From NCBI GenBank assembly GCA_035624785.1, contig DASPQV010000049.1:5731-69730 (forward strand): a stretch of 64,000 nucleotides of DNA, in the 5' to 3' direction. This DNA comes from Candidatus Binatia bacterium (GTDB taxonomy: Bacteria; Chloroflexota; Dormibacteria; Aeolococcales; Aeolococcaceae). Shown in pieces: positions 8,796 through 17,261 of the stretch (its first letter is position 1; every line of letters begins with the position of its first letter). Under the pieces are notes generated by a model that did no database searches, had not been told where the DNA came from, and was given only the letters and a program-made list of their open reading frames with translations. The translations under genes and the position numbers were made by a program.

Positions 8796-9950
8796 TCAGC
8801 GGGGGAAGTGCCGCGGCAGGCTGACCAGGACGGAGGTGCCCTGGCCGGGGGCGCTCTGGGCCGAGACGGTCCCGCCGTGCGCCTCGACGAGGTCGCGGAC
8901 GATGGCGAGACCGAGACCTGAGCCGGATGAGCCTGGCCCTTTGACGAAGCGGTCCCAGATCCGGGGGAGCAGCTCCTCGGGGATGCCCTCGCCGTCGTCG
9001 CGCACCGTGATCCGGACCTCCCGATCGGCGGCGGACACCTCGACGGTGATCGACCCGCCCCGCGCGGTGTGGGCGAGCGAGTTGCTGATCAGGTTGCCGA
9101 CCACGCGGCGCAACCGGGCCGGGTCGGCATCGATCACCACGGCATCGGGAGGAACGCGGCTCGACAGGCGCACCCCGGCGCCGCCGGCCTCGGCCCGGAA
9201 GGCGTCCAGGGTCTCGTTGACCAGGACGCCGACGTCGACGGGCTCGCGCTCGAGGCGCAGGCCGCCCGCGTCCACCAGGGTCAGGGTGCGGAGATCCTCG
9301 GCAAGCTCCTCGAGGGTGTGGGTGGCGGCGACGATCGGCGCGATGTGCTCCTCGTCCGCGGGATTGACGCCGTCGGCGATGGCCTCCGCCTGGCTGCGGA
9401 TGACGGTGAGGGGGGTGCGCAGCTCGTGGGCGATGTCGGCGAGGACGCTCTGGCGGCGGACCTCCTCCGCTTCCAATCGGGCGCTCATCTGGTTGAAGGC
9501 GCGGGCCAGGGAGCGCACCTGGCGGGGGCCGCGAACCGGGACGCGCGCCGAGTAGTCGCCGGCCTCGACGCGACGGGCGGCGTCGGCAAGGGCGCGCACC
9601 GGCGGGGCGCCGCGCCGGTAGCCGAGAACCACGATCACCAGGACCAGGGCCAGGACCGCGATGAAGAGGGCCAGCGCCGGGCGGCTGGCCGGGCCGCCGG
9701 CGAGGCCGAAAGCGGCCAGCACCAGCCACACCAGCAGGGCGGTGACGGCCAGCGGCACCAGCAGGGCGCAGCCGAAGAGGCAGCCGCAGGGCAGGGCGAA
9801 GGCCGCTCGCGGACCCCTCCACCCCCCCTCTCCGGCTCGTTCCCAGGGCGGCCGGCCGCGGGGCGGCCAGGGGGCGTCCTCGGGCCACCAGGGCGGACGG
9901 CGGATGCGCCCGTGGCCTCCCCCCGAGTTGCGGGACGGGCCGGTGCTCAC
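8796..9950 (-). CDS. Sensor histidine kinase (HAMP, HisKA, HATPase) with a Trp/Pro/Arg-rich N-terminal tail
   Basis: H-box IAHELRTPLTVI, NLISNSLAHT, GSGLGLAIVRDLVEAHGG. The GTG start at 9948..9950 overlaps the RR stop (GTGA). N-terminus: RRPPWWPEDAPWPPRGRPPWERAGEGGWRG. Confidence 0.85.
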   Translation of the reverse strand: MSTGPSRNSGGGHGRIRRPPWWPEDAPWPPRGRPPWERAGEGGWRGPRAAFALPCGCLFGCALLVPLAVTALLVWLVLAAFGLAGGPASRPALALFIAVLALVLVIVVLGYRRGAPPVRALADAARRVEAGDYSARVPVRGPRQVRSLARAFNQMSARLEAEEVRRQSVLADIAHELRTPLTVIRSQAEAIADGVNPADEEHIAPIVAATHTLEELAEDLRTLTLVDAGGLRLEREPVDVGVLVNETLDAFRAEAGGAGVRLSSRVPPDAVVIDADPARLRRVVGNLISNSLAHTARGGSITVEVSAADREVRITVRDDGEGIPEELLPRIWDRFVKGPGSSGSGLGLAIVRDLVEAHGGTVSAQSAPGQGTSVLVSLPRHFPR

Positions 9951-10636
9951 GTCGAGCCGTCGGAGAGGCGGTAGCCGACTCCGAAGACCGTCTGGAGCAG
10001 CCGCGGGGCGCTGGGATCACGCTCGATCTTGCGCCGGATGTTCTTGACGTGGGCGTCGATGGCGCGCTCGTACGACTCGACCGCGACACCCCGGACCGCG
10101 TCGAGGAGCTGGGAGCGGGTGAAGACACGCCCGGGCTGGCGGGCCATGTGGAGGAGCAGCTGGAATTCGGTCGCGGTGAGCGAGACGCGGCGACCCCCAA
10201 CCACGGTCTCCATGCGGGGAACGTCGAGGCTGAGCGCGTCGCCCACCTTGACCACGTCCTCCTGGATGCGTGCCGCCTGGCTGCGGCGGAGCACGGCTCT
10301 GACCCGGGCCACCATCTCCCGAGCGCTGAACGGCTTGGTGACGTAGTCGTCGGCGCCCAGCTCGAGGCCGGCCACCCGGTCGGACTCCTCGGTTCGCGCG
10401 GTGAGCATGATGATCGGCACGTCCGAATCGCGACGCAGGTTGCGGGCGACGTCCAGCCCGTCCAGCTTGGGCAGGGTGAGGTCGAGGATCACCAGGTCCG
10501 GGTGCGCGCTGTGGGCCGCCCTTAGGGCCTGCTCGCCGTCGCTGGCGGTGACCACCTGGAAGCCGGCCTTCTCCAGGTAGTCGCGGACCAGCCGGACGAT
10601 GTCCGGCTGATCGTCGACGATGAGCACCGTGGCCAT
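9947..10636 (-). CDS. OmpR/PhoB-family response regulator
   Basis: MATVLIVDDQ..., LVILDLTLP, YVTKPF, and a winged-helix end GVGYRL. I take the start at the ATG at 10634..10636. The 467-aa track ORF is an upstream extension. Confidence 0.9.
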   Translation of the reverse strand: MATVLIVDDQPDIVRLVRDYLEKAGFQVVTASDGEQALRAAHSAHPDLVILDLTLPKLDGLDVARNLRRDSDVPIIMLTARTEESDRVAGLELGADDYVTKPFSAREMVARVRAVLRRSQAARIQEDVVKVGDALSLDVPRMETVVGGRRVSLTATEFQLLLHMARQPGRVFTRSQLLDAVRGVAVESYERAIDAHVKNIRRKIERDPSAPRLLQTVFGVGYRLSDGST

Positions 10637-10716
10637 CGGGCGGTAATCGTAGGGCCAGCCACGCACCGGAGCCGGCGGCCCCGAATGGGACCGCCGAGCG
10701 CTGGCTCCGAGCCGGC

Positions 10717-11106
10717 TCAGACCGTGGTGGCGGTGGTCGCGCCGGGCGCCGCCGGCCGCGACTCGGGAGGCTGGTCCCGGTGGAGCTGCCGGTGCCACTC
10801 GTCCCAGGCCTGCTGGTTCCACCAGCCGCCCCGGCCGGCGCCGCAGCGGCGACCCCATCCCGGCCCGCCACCGGGACCCCCGGCGGCCCACGGGCCGCCC
10901 CAACCGCGCCCACCGGCGAAGGCGCCGGGGCCGTACCGGGCCCAGCGCGCGAAGCGGCGGGGCCCGGTGAGCCCGAGCAGGGGCGGCACGATCAGTCCCC
11001 CGAAGAGGGTGATGGCGGTGAAGCCGGCGTTGCCGGTGAGCAGGCCGACGGCGATGGCGCCGCCCACCGCGGCGGTTCTCCAGAAGACGCGAAGCGCTTG
11101 GTACAT
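10717..11106 (-). CDS. Small membrane protein with a Gly/Trp/Pro/Arg-rich C-terminal tail, first gene of the RR-HK unit
   Basis: Two hydrophobic segments (AAVGGAIAVGLLTGNAGFTAITLFGGLIVPPLLGL). An SD-like GGAGA lies 7 nt upstream of the ATG. The tail reads GRGWGGPWAAGGPGGGPGWGRRCGAGRGGWWNQQAWDEWH. Confidence 0.55.
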   Translation of the reverse strand: MYQALRVFWRTAAVGGAIAVGLLTGNAGFTAITLFGGLIVPPLLGLTGPRRFARWARYGPGAFAGGRGWGGPWAAGGPGGGPGWGRRCGAGRGGWWNQQAWDEWHRQLHRDQPPESRPAAPGATTATTV

Positions 11107-11162
11107 GGGGGTTTCTCCTGACCTGTGGTCGGTGATCGACTGAGGCCAGCGTCCTCCCGCCG

Positions 11163-11181
11163 TGTGAACGGGATGTGAACG
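11163..11181. promoter_or_regulatory. Direct repeat TGTGAACG-N3-TGTGAACG (11-bp period), a candidate OmpR-family response-regulator binding site
   Basis: Read directly in the divergent intergenic region between 11106 (-) and 11271 (+). OmpR/PhoB regulators typically bind direct repeats spaced one helical turn apart. Confidence 0.3.
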
Positions 11182-11270
11182 CGGGGCGGAGGTCCTGGGG
11201 GCGGCCCGGCGGCGGCTGTAACCGCGACCGGTATCCGTAGGTGAGCACCGACGGTCCAGGAGGGAGTGAC

Positions 11271-11810
11271 ATGCCTCGACTCAAGCGTCTGACCGCGGCG
11301 AGCGCGGCGCTGGCCCTGGCGGGACTGGGGGCGGCGGCGCTGACCAGCATCCCGGCGACGGCCAGCGACTCACCACGGCAGCTGGACAGCGAGCCGGTGT
11401 CCGCGGATCAGGGCATGCTGCTGAGCGCCCGACTGGCTCCGAGCGTGCCCACCGACCCGGCCATCTTCGGGATCGCCGCGGGTGGGGCTCCCTGGAGCCT
11501 TCGCGAGGGCAACGTGAGCCTCGGGCGCGACGGCTCCCTCAAGGTCGAGGTGCACGGCCTGGTGCTGACCGCCACCACGGCGAACCCGATCCCCGACCTG
11601 GCGGCCTCCGTCTACTGCAACGGCGTCCTGGCCGGCCGGACCGCTCCGGTGAGCTTCACCAAGGAGGGCAACGCCACCATCGAAGCGACGGTCAGCCTGC
11701 CGGGCCTCTGCCAGGTCCCGGCGGTGATCCTCAACCCCGCCACCGGCGGCGAGCCGGGCGACGTGCTCGGCATCTACATCGGCTTCGACGGGAGCGCCGC
11801 CCAGCCCTGA
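11271..11810 (+). CDS. Secreted hypothetical protein
   Basis: GGAGGGAG SD before the ATG at 11271. Signal-peptide-like MPRLKRLTAASAALALAGLGAAALTSIPATA. I recognise no family motif. Confidence 0.55.
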   Translation: MPRLKRLTAASAALALAGLGAAALTSIPATASDSPRQLDSEPVSADQGMLLSARLAPSVPTDPAIFGIAAGGAPWSLREGNVSLGRDGSLKVEVHGLVLTATTANPIPDLAASVYCNGVLAGRTAPVSFTKEGNATIEATVSLPGLCQVPAVILNPATGGEPGDVLGIYIGFDGSAAQP

Positions 11811-11845
11811 GGCGGCGCAGCGACGGCGAGGGCGGCGGCGTCCCG

Positions 11846-12511
11846 GTGGCGTTCCGGCCGGCGCCGCCGCCCGCCCCCGCACAATCCGGGGGTGGCGCGG
11901 ATGGATCGGGGGATGAGGCGCCGGCGAGCGCTCGGCACGGACGAGTGAGCGGATCCCTCGTCCTCGCCGCGCTCGACGGCCACCGCTGGGCCAGCGAGGA
12001 CGCTGGCCCGGTGACCCGGGTTCGCACCCTGGCCGCGATGCCGGACCCCTGGTCCCGGTCGCTGCTCCTCCACCTGACCGCGTCGGCGATCGTGATCGAT
12101 CCCCGGACCGGACGCGTCCTGCTCCGCTGGCACGAGCGCCAGCAGGCGTGGCTGCAGGTCGGCGGGCATGCGGACCCCGGCGAGACGGATCCGTTCCGGA
12201 TCGCGCGCCGGGAAGCCCGTGAGGAGACCGGACTGGATGACCTCTCCGCCTGGCCCGATTCCGCGTCGCCCCGGCTCATCCAGGTTGCCATCGTTTCGGT
12301 GCCGCCCCGGGACCCCGAACCTGCCCACCACCATGCCGACCTGCGCTACGTCCTGGCCACCGGACGGCCGGAGCGCGCTGTCCCGGAGACGGTGCCCGCC
12401 CAGCTTCGCTGGCTGGGCATCGACGCGGCGATCTCGCTGACCGGGGACCCCGGGTTGCAGGTGGCCCTGCGGCGGCTTGCCCCGCTCATGACGACGGCGA
12501 TCGGTCCCTGA
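11846..12511 (+). CDS. NUDIX hydrolase
   Basis: NUDIX box GGHADPGETDPFRIARREAREETGL. The start is uncertain (alternative GTG at 11945). Confidence 0.75.
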   Translation: MAFRPAPPPAPAQSGGGADGSGDEAPASARHGRVSGSLVLAALDGHRWASEDAGPVTRVRTLAAMPDPWSRSLLLHLTASAIVIDPRTGRVLLRWHERQQAWLQVGGHADPGETDPFRIARREAREETGLDDLSAWPDSASPRLIQVAIVSVPPRDPEPAHHHADLRYVLATGRPERAVPETVPAQLRWLGIDAAISLTGDPGLQVALRRLAPLMTTAIGP

Positions 12512-12519
12512 GCTTCGGG

Positions 12520-12745
12520 GTCGCCGGCAGCCGCGCCGACCAGGGGGTGCTCCCAGTTGATGTCGAAGTAGGCAGAAAGTGAGCTGCTCCGGCCGCACCC
12601 CGGGACGGCCAGGAACGCCGCCTCGCCGCCAGCCCCGCCGAGATACGGGTGGGGTCGACCACGTCGTAGCCGTGCCTGGAGCCCGAGGCACCAAGGAGGA
12701 TCGGGGAGCACCCGGTAGCTGGCGATCCGGCTGCTCAGCGGGGCG
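12520..12745 (-). pseudogene. Decayed relic of a malto-oligosyltrehalose synthase (TreY-like GH13) N-terminus
   Basis: On the minus strand, in order but in shifted frames: ASYRVL (cf. TreY STYRLQ), GSRHGYDVVDPTRIS, LGGEAAFLAV, then AYFDINWEHPL (cf. TreY FDIDW). The spacing is far shorter than in intact TreY, so there are deletions as well as at least 2 frameshifts. Confidence 0.35.
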
Positions 12746-12965
12746 GGCCCGGCGGCCGCACCCGACCTGGGGTATCCTGGCGGTCCCGGTGCGCACCTCT
12801 CCCGGCTCTCCGCGCCTCCCTCCCGTGATCGCCGTCCTCGAGGGCATCCTCGCCCCGGGGCCCCGCGCCCGGCGGGCCGCCGAGACGGCGAGGCGCGCCG
12901 GCTGGGGGCGCTGAGGGGGTGTACCATCGCTTGCCGCTCGTATGAACAGCGCCTTGGAGTTTGAC

Positions 12966-13997
12966 ATGGAGAAACCCCCGATCCCCGTTGCGGTGGTTGG
13001 CCTCGGACCGATCGGACTGCGCATCTGCCGGCGGATCCTGGCGCGCCCTGAGCTGCTCCAACTCGTGGCCGTCACTGACAAGGCACCGGAGATCGGAGGC
13101 CGCAGGTTGGCGGATCTGCTCCCCGAGGCCTCCGCGTCCGAGCTCGTGATCAACCGCGAATATCCGGCGGCGCCGCGGGCTGGAGGAGTCCTGGTGCAGA
13201 CAACCACCTCGCACCTGACTGATTCCCATCAGCAGCTGCGAGACTTCGTGGAGCTGGGCTGGAACGTGGTATCCACGTGCGAGGAGCTCTCCGAGCCGCT
13301 GAGCGTCGATCCCAAGACCGCGGCCGACCTCGACGCACTGGCACGAGGCAAAGCGGTGACGATCCTGGGGACGGGGGTCAATCCCGGCTTCATGATGGAC
13401 ACCCTGCCGCTCGCCCTGACCACCCTGTGCGCCCAGGTCACCGCCGTACGTGTCCACCGGGTGGTCGACACCAACCTGCGACGCGAGCCTCTGCAGCGCA
13501 AGGCGGGCGTTGGGATGTCGGCGGACGAGTTCCGCGCCCTGGCTGCCGCCGGGCGGATCGGCCACGTGGGTCTGCTGCAGTCGCTCCACCTGATCGCGAG
13601 AGGGCTGGGATGGGCCCTCGACTCGACCGAGGTCCGGCTCGAGCCGGTGATCGCTGAGCGGGAGACGGCCAGCGGCATCGGTCCGGTCCCAGCGGGGAGC
13701 GTGATCGGCCAGGCCCAGGTGGCCACCGGCCACGTCGGGGCCAGGGAGGTCATTCGCTTCGAGCTGGAGATGGTGGCGGGCAGGCCCGGCACCGACGAGG
13801 TGTGGATCACCGGTGATCCGTCCTTCCACGAGGAGATCCATGGAGGGATCAACGGCGACATCGGCACCGAAGCGGTCGTCACCAACCTCATCGGGCCGGT
13901 GGCCGAGGCCAGACCCGGGCTGCTGACCATGGCTGATCTCGTGCCCCTGGGATGCCGAGCCGGTCTCGGGGGGATGCCCGCCACACACCAGGGATAA
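12966..13997 (+). CDS. NAD(P)-dependent amine dehydrogenase / 2,4-diaminopentanoate dehydrogenase-like protein (DapB-N-type Rossmann fold)
   Basis: VAVVGLGPIGLRI dinucleotide motif, LGTGVNPGFMMDTLPL motif. GGAG lies 6 nt before the ATG at 12966 (the track ORF starts at 12942). Confidence 0.6.
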   Translation: MEKPPIPVAVVGLGPIGLRICRRILARPELLQLVAVTDKAPEIGGRRLADLLPEASASELVINREYPAAPRAGGVLVQTTTSHLTDSHQQLRDFVELGWNVVSTCEELSEPLSVDPKTAADLDALARGKAVTILGTGVNPGFMMDTLPLALTTLCAQVTAVRVHRVVDTNLRREPLQRKAGVGMSADEFRALAAAGRIGHVGLLQSLHLIARGLGWALDSTEVRLEPVIAERETASGIGPVPAGSVIGQAQVATGHVGAREVIRFELEMVAGRPGTDEVWITGDPSFHEEIHGGINGDIGTEAVVTNLIGPVAEARPGLLTMADLVPLGCRAGLGGMPATHQG

Positions 13998-14024
13998 CCA
14001 GCGACTCCGGGAGGGCTTGCAACC

Positions 14025-15380
14025 GTGGACGCCCAGACCTCCACCGTCGAGGATGAGTTCGTCGGGACTCACATGGCGTCGGATGAGCTTTTCAGACGCC
14101 AGGCCAAGGTGGTCCCGGGCGGCGTGACCCACATGGCCCGAGCCTTCGAGCCGTTCCCTCTCTTCATCAGCGCCCTGTCAGGCGCCCACAAGCAGGATGT
14201 CGACGGACACGATTACGTCGACTACTGGATGGCTCATGGGGCCAACCTGCTGGGTCATCGACATCCCGCCGTGCACGAGGCCATCCAGCGTCAACTCGAG
14301 CGAGGCCTGCATGCCTGTGGAGAGAACGAGACGGCGGTGGCGCTGGCTGAAGCTGTCTGCCGGATGGTGCCGTCGGCGAGCCGGGTGCGCTTCTGCGCCT
14401 CGGGGGGCGAGGCGACCCAACTGGCCATCAGGCTTGCCCGCGCCTACTCCGGACACGAGCGCATCATCAAGTTCGAGCACCACTTCCATGGCTGGCACGA
14501 CGCGGTGGCCTTCGGCTTCCCGCCCAGCGATACGCCGTGGTCCTCGGGACTCCCCGACGCCCTCCAATCCCTGACCGTGGTGCTGCCGTTCAACGACGCC
14601 GATGCGCTCTCCAGGTACCTCTCCGAGGATGCCCAGGTGGCCGGAGTGCTGCTGGAGCCGGGCGGTGCCCACAGCGACACGGTCCCGGTGGATCCAGCCT
14701 TCCTGCGCACGGTTCGCGAGCTCTGCACCGAGCACGGGGTGGTCCTGGTATTCGATGAGGTGGTCACCGGTTTCCGGTACGCCAGGGGAGGGGCGCAGGA
14801 GTTCTTCGGGGTGACCCCGGACGTCACCGCCCTGGGCAAGATCATGGGTGGCGGTCTGCCCATCGGGGCGGTGGCGGGGGGGGCGGACATCATGGAGGTG
14901 CTGGCCCCGCGGCGCGGAGACGAGGTGCGTCCCTACGTCCCCCAATACGGAACCTGGAACGGGATGCCGATTGCCGCCGCCGCAGGGTTGGCGGCCCTGA
15001 GAGTGGTCGAGACCAGCGACGTCATCCAGGCGACGGTGCGCCGGACCGACCAGCTGAGAGCTGCCCTGAATAGGGTGCTGCGCCAGCGTGGCGTGGAAGG
15101 CACCGCCTATGGCCGGTCGTCGATCTGGAAGACGTACCTCGGCGAACCCCTGAAGCTCCTCGACGGTGACTACACCCGGGCCAGGGAGGACGGCATCCGT
15201 CTGGCCAGCTCATCGGGCCCGCGCGCCCGCGTTCTGCGGCAGTCGATGATCCTCGACGGCGTCGACGTCATGTACGGTGGCGGCTTCATGTCGGCCGCGC
15301 ACGATGACGCGGACCTGGAGCGCACCGTCACCGCGTTCGACCGGGCCCTGACGCGGCTGCAGGAGGCGGGGCTGGTGTAG
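14025..15380 (+). CDS. Class III PLP aminotransferase, glutamate-1-semialdehyde 2,1-aminomutase-like
   Basis: VVPGGVTH, ASGGEATQLAIRLAR, LVFDEVVTGFRYARGGAQEFFG, ALGKIMGGGLP (PLP lysine). GTG start preceded by GGGAGGG. Confidence 0.85.
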   Translation: MDAQTSTVEDEFVGTHMASDELFRRQAKVVPGGVTHMARAFEPFPLFISALSGAHKQDVDGHDYVDYWMAHGANLLGHRHPAVHEAIQRQLERGLHACGENETAVALAEAVCRMVPSASRVRFCASGGEATQLAIRLARAYSGHERIIKFEHHFHGWHDAVAFGFPPSDTPWSSGLPDALQSLTVVLPFNDADALSRYLSEDAQVAGVLLEPGGAHSDTVPVDPAFLRTVRELCTEHGVVLVFDEVVTGFRYARGGAQEFFGVTPDVTALGKIMGGGLPIGAVAGGADIMEVLAPRRGDEVRPYVPQYGTWNGMPIAAAAGLAALRVVETSDVIQATVRRTDQLRAALNRVLRQRGVEGTAYGRSSIWKTYLGEPLKLLDGDYTRAREDGIRLASSSGPRARVLRQSMILDGVDVMYGGGFMSAAHDDADLERTVTAFDRALTRLQEAGLV

Positions 15381-15381
15381 C

Positions 15382-16770
15382 GTGGCCCTGCACCATCACG
15401 AGCCGGGTGAGGCGGAGCTGGAGGTCAACCCGCTGTACGCGTCGGCCGCGGCCCGCGGCCGTGTCCCCAAGCTGCGCATCCCCGACCAGCCCATGGATCC
15501 GGAGACCGCCTACCAGATCGTCCACGACGAGCTGATGCTGGACGGGAACGCGCGGCTCAACCTGGCCACCTTCGTCACCACCTGGATGGAGCCGCAGGCC
15601 AACCGGCTCATCGTCGAGGCGCTCGACAAGAACGTCATCGACAAGGATGAGTATCCGCAGACCGCGGAGATCGAGCGGCGCTGCGTCCACATCCTCGCCT
15701 CACTCTGGCATGCGCCGCCCCGGCGGACCGCGGTCGGGTGCTCCACAACCGGTTCCAGTGAGGCGGCGATGCTGGCCGGCCTGGCGCTCAAGTGGCGCTG
15801 GCGCGAGGCCCGCCGCTCCGCCGGCGGTTCCGCCGATCGGCCCAACCTGGTGATGGGCATCAACGTCCAGGTGTGCTGGGAGAAGTTCTGCCGGTACTGG
15901 GACGTGGAGCCGCGCTTCGTGCCCATGGAGGGAGATCGGCGCCATCTCACCGGCGAGGAGGCGGTGAAGCTCTGCGACCAGGACACCATCGGGGTGGTGG
16001 CGGTGCTCGGCTCCACCCAGGACGGCAGCTACGAGCCGGTGGCCGAGATCTGCGCGGCCCTGGATGGGCTCCGAGATTGCGGCGGCCCCGACGTGCCGGT
16101 GCACGTCGATGCCGCCTCGGGGGGCTTCGTGGCCCCCTTCGTGCAGCCCCAGCTGGTCTGGGACTTCCGGCTCGACCGGGTGGCGTCCATCAACAGCTCC
16201 GGCCACAAGTACGGCCTGGTCTACCCCGGGGTGGGCTGGGTGATCTGGCGCGACCGCGAGGCCCTGCCCGAGCCGCTGATCTTCCGGGTCAACTACCTGG
16301 GCGGGAGCATGCCCACCTTTGCCCTCAACTTCTCCCGACCGGGCGCCCAGGTCATCGCCCAGTACTACAACCTCATCCGGCTCGGCTTCGAGGGTTACCG
16401 GCTGGTCCAGCAGACATCCCTGGACACCGCCCGCCACATCTCCGACGCCGTCAGCCGCATCGGTCCATTCCGGCTGCTCACCGACGGCAGCGAGCTGCCG
16501 GTGTTCGCCTTCGCGCTCCGCCCCGAGGTCGATCGCTACACCGTCTTCGACGTGTCCGACGGGCTGCGCAAGCGCGGCTGGCAGGTCCCCGCCTACCACC
16601 TGCCCCGCAACCTTCAGGCGACCGCGGTGCTCCGGGTGGTGGTGCGCAACGGGATGTCACGCGACCTCGCCGACCTGCTGATCGCCGACCTGAGGAGGGA
16701 GGTCGCCCAGCTCGACAAGCTCTCCGCTCGTCTGCCCCAGCACCCCGACCGGGCCCGCTTCCACCATTGA
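15382..16770 (+). CDS. Glutamate decarboxylase (group II PLP decarboxylase)
   Basis: NLATFVTTWMEP, DKDEYPQTAEIE, SINSSGHKYGLVYPGVGWVIWRD (PLP lysine motif). The GTG start lies 1 nt after the preceding stop. Confidence 0.9.
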   Translation: MALHHHEPGEAELEVNPLYASAAARGRVPKLRIPDQPMDPETAYQIVHDELMLDGNARLNLATFVTTWMEPQANRLIVEALDKNVIDKDEYPQTAEIERRCVHILASLWHAPPRRTAVGCSTTGSSEAAMLAGLALKWRWREARRSAGGSADRPNLVMGINVQVCWEKFCRYWDVEPRFVPMEGDRRHLTGEEAVKLCDQDTIGVVAVLGSTQDGSYEPVAEICAALDGLRDCGGPDVPVHVDAASGGFVAPFVQPQLVWDFRLDRVASINSSGHKYGLVYPGVGWVIWRDREALPEPLIFRVNYLGGSMPTFALNFSRPGAQVIAQYYNLIRLGFEGYRLVQQTSLDTARHISDAVSRIGPFRLLTDGSELPVFAFALRPEVDRYTVFDVSDGLRKRGWQVPAYHLPRNLQATAVLRVVVRNGMSRDLADLLIADLRREVAQLDKLSARLPQHPDRARFHH

Positions 16771-16780
16771 GGGCTGAGCC

Positions 16781-17168
16781 ATGCCTGACAAGGACATCGA
16801 GGCTTGGGTGTCCGCACACGACGCGCCGGTCGCGGCGATCCTGGAGGCCGCCCGCGAGGCCATCAAGGGCGAGGTGCCCGGCACCGTGGAGTGGATCAAC
16901 GGCTGGAAGATGCTGGCGTTCGGGCCGCGTCCCAAGATGAACGCCTGCCAGTTCGTGCTCGACGCCCGGGGCAGACCGCGTCAACCTCGAGTTCGCCGCC
17001 GGTGCTGCCCTGGACGACCCGAGCGGCCTGCTCGAGGGGACCGGCAAGTCGCTGCGCCATCTCAAGCTGCGCCAGCCCTCCGACCTGGGCCGGCCCGAGG
17101 TGCGCGCCCTGATCAGGGCGGGGGCCGCGGCCGCGCCCAGCTGGCAGCCGGGGGGTCGCAAGGCATGA
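16781..17168 (+). pseudogene. DUF1801 (YdhG-like) domain gene interrupted by a +1 frameshift in a G-run near 16967..16971
   Basis: Frame 1 gives MPDKDIEAW...GWKMLAFGPRPKMNACQFVLDAR and then Arg/Pro-rich nonsense. Dropping one G gives ADRVNLEFAAGAALDDPSGLLEGTGKSLRHLKLRQPSDLGRPEVRALIRAG..., ending at TGA 17166..17168, a typical DUF1801 C-terminus. Confidence 0.6.
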
Positions 17169-17261
17169 TGATGGTGGAGCCATCGCTCGCCGCGCCGGGG
17201 GTCCTCGAGGTGCCGGTCGAGGGGGGCCCACCGGGCCGGGGCCGTAGCCGCCGGGCCAGGG

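Noticed and set aside
7093-10200. 1035-aa ORF on the minus strand spanning the aminotransferase domain, the histidine kinase and the response regulator region
   Set aside because: Its composition is Arg/Pro/Gly/Ala-rich with no family motifs. It runs antisense or out of frame to three genes that have unambiguous motifs. This is a typical high-GC shadow ORF.
12346-12927. 193-aa minus-strand ORF as an intact gene
   Set aside because: Its only recognisable pieces are TreY-like fragments, which continue in another frame. The rest is Arg/Pro/Gly-rich. I interpret it as a pseudogene relic.
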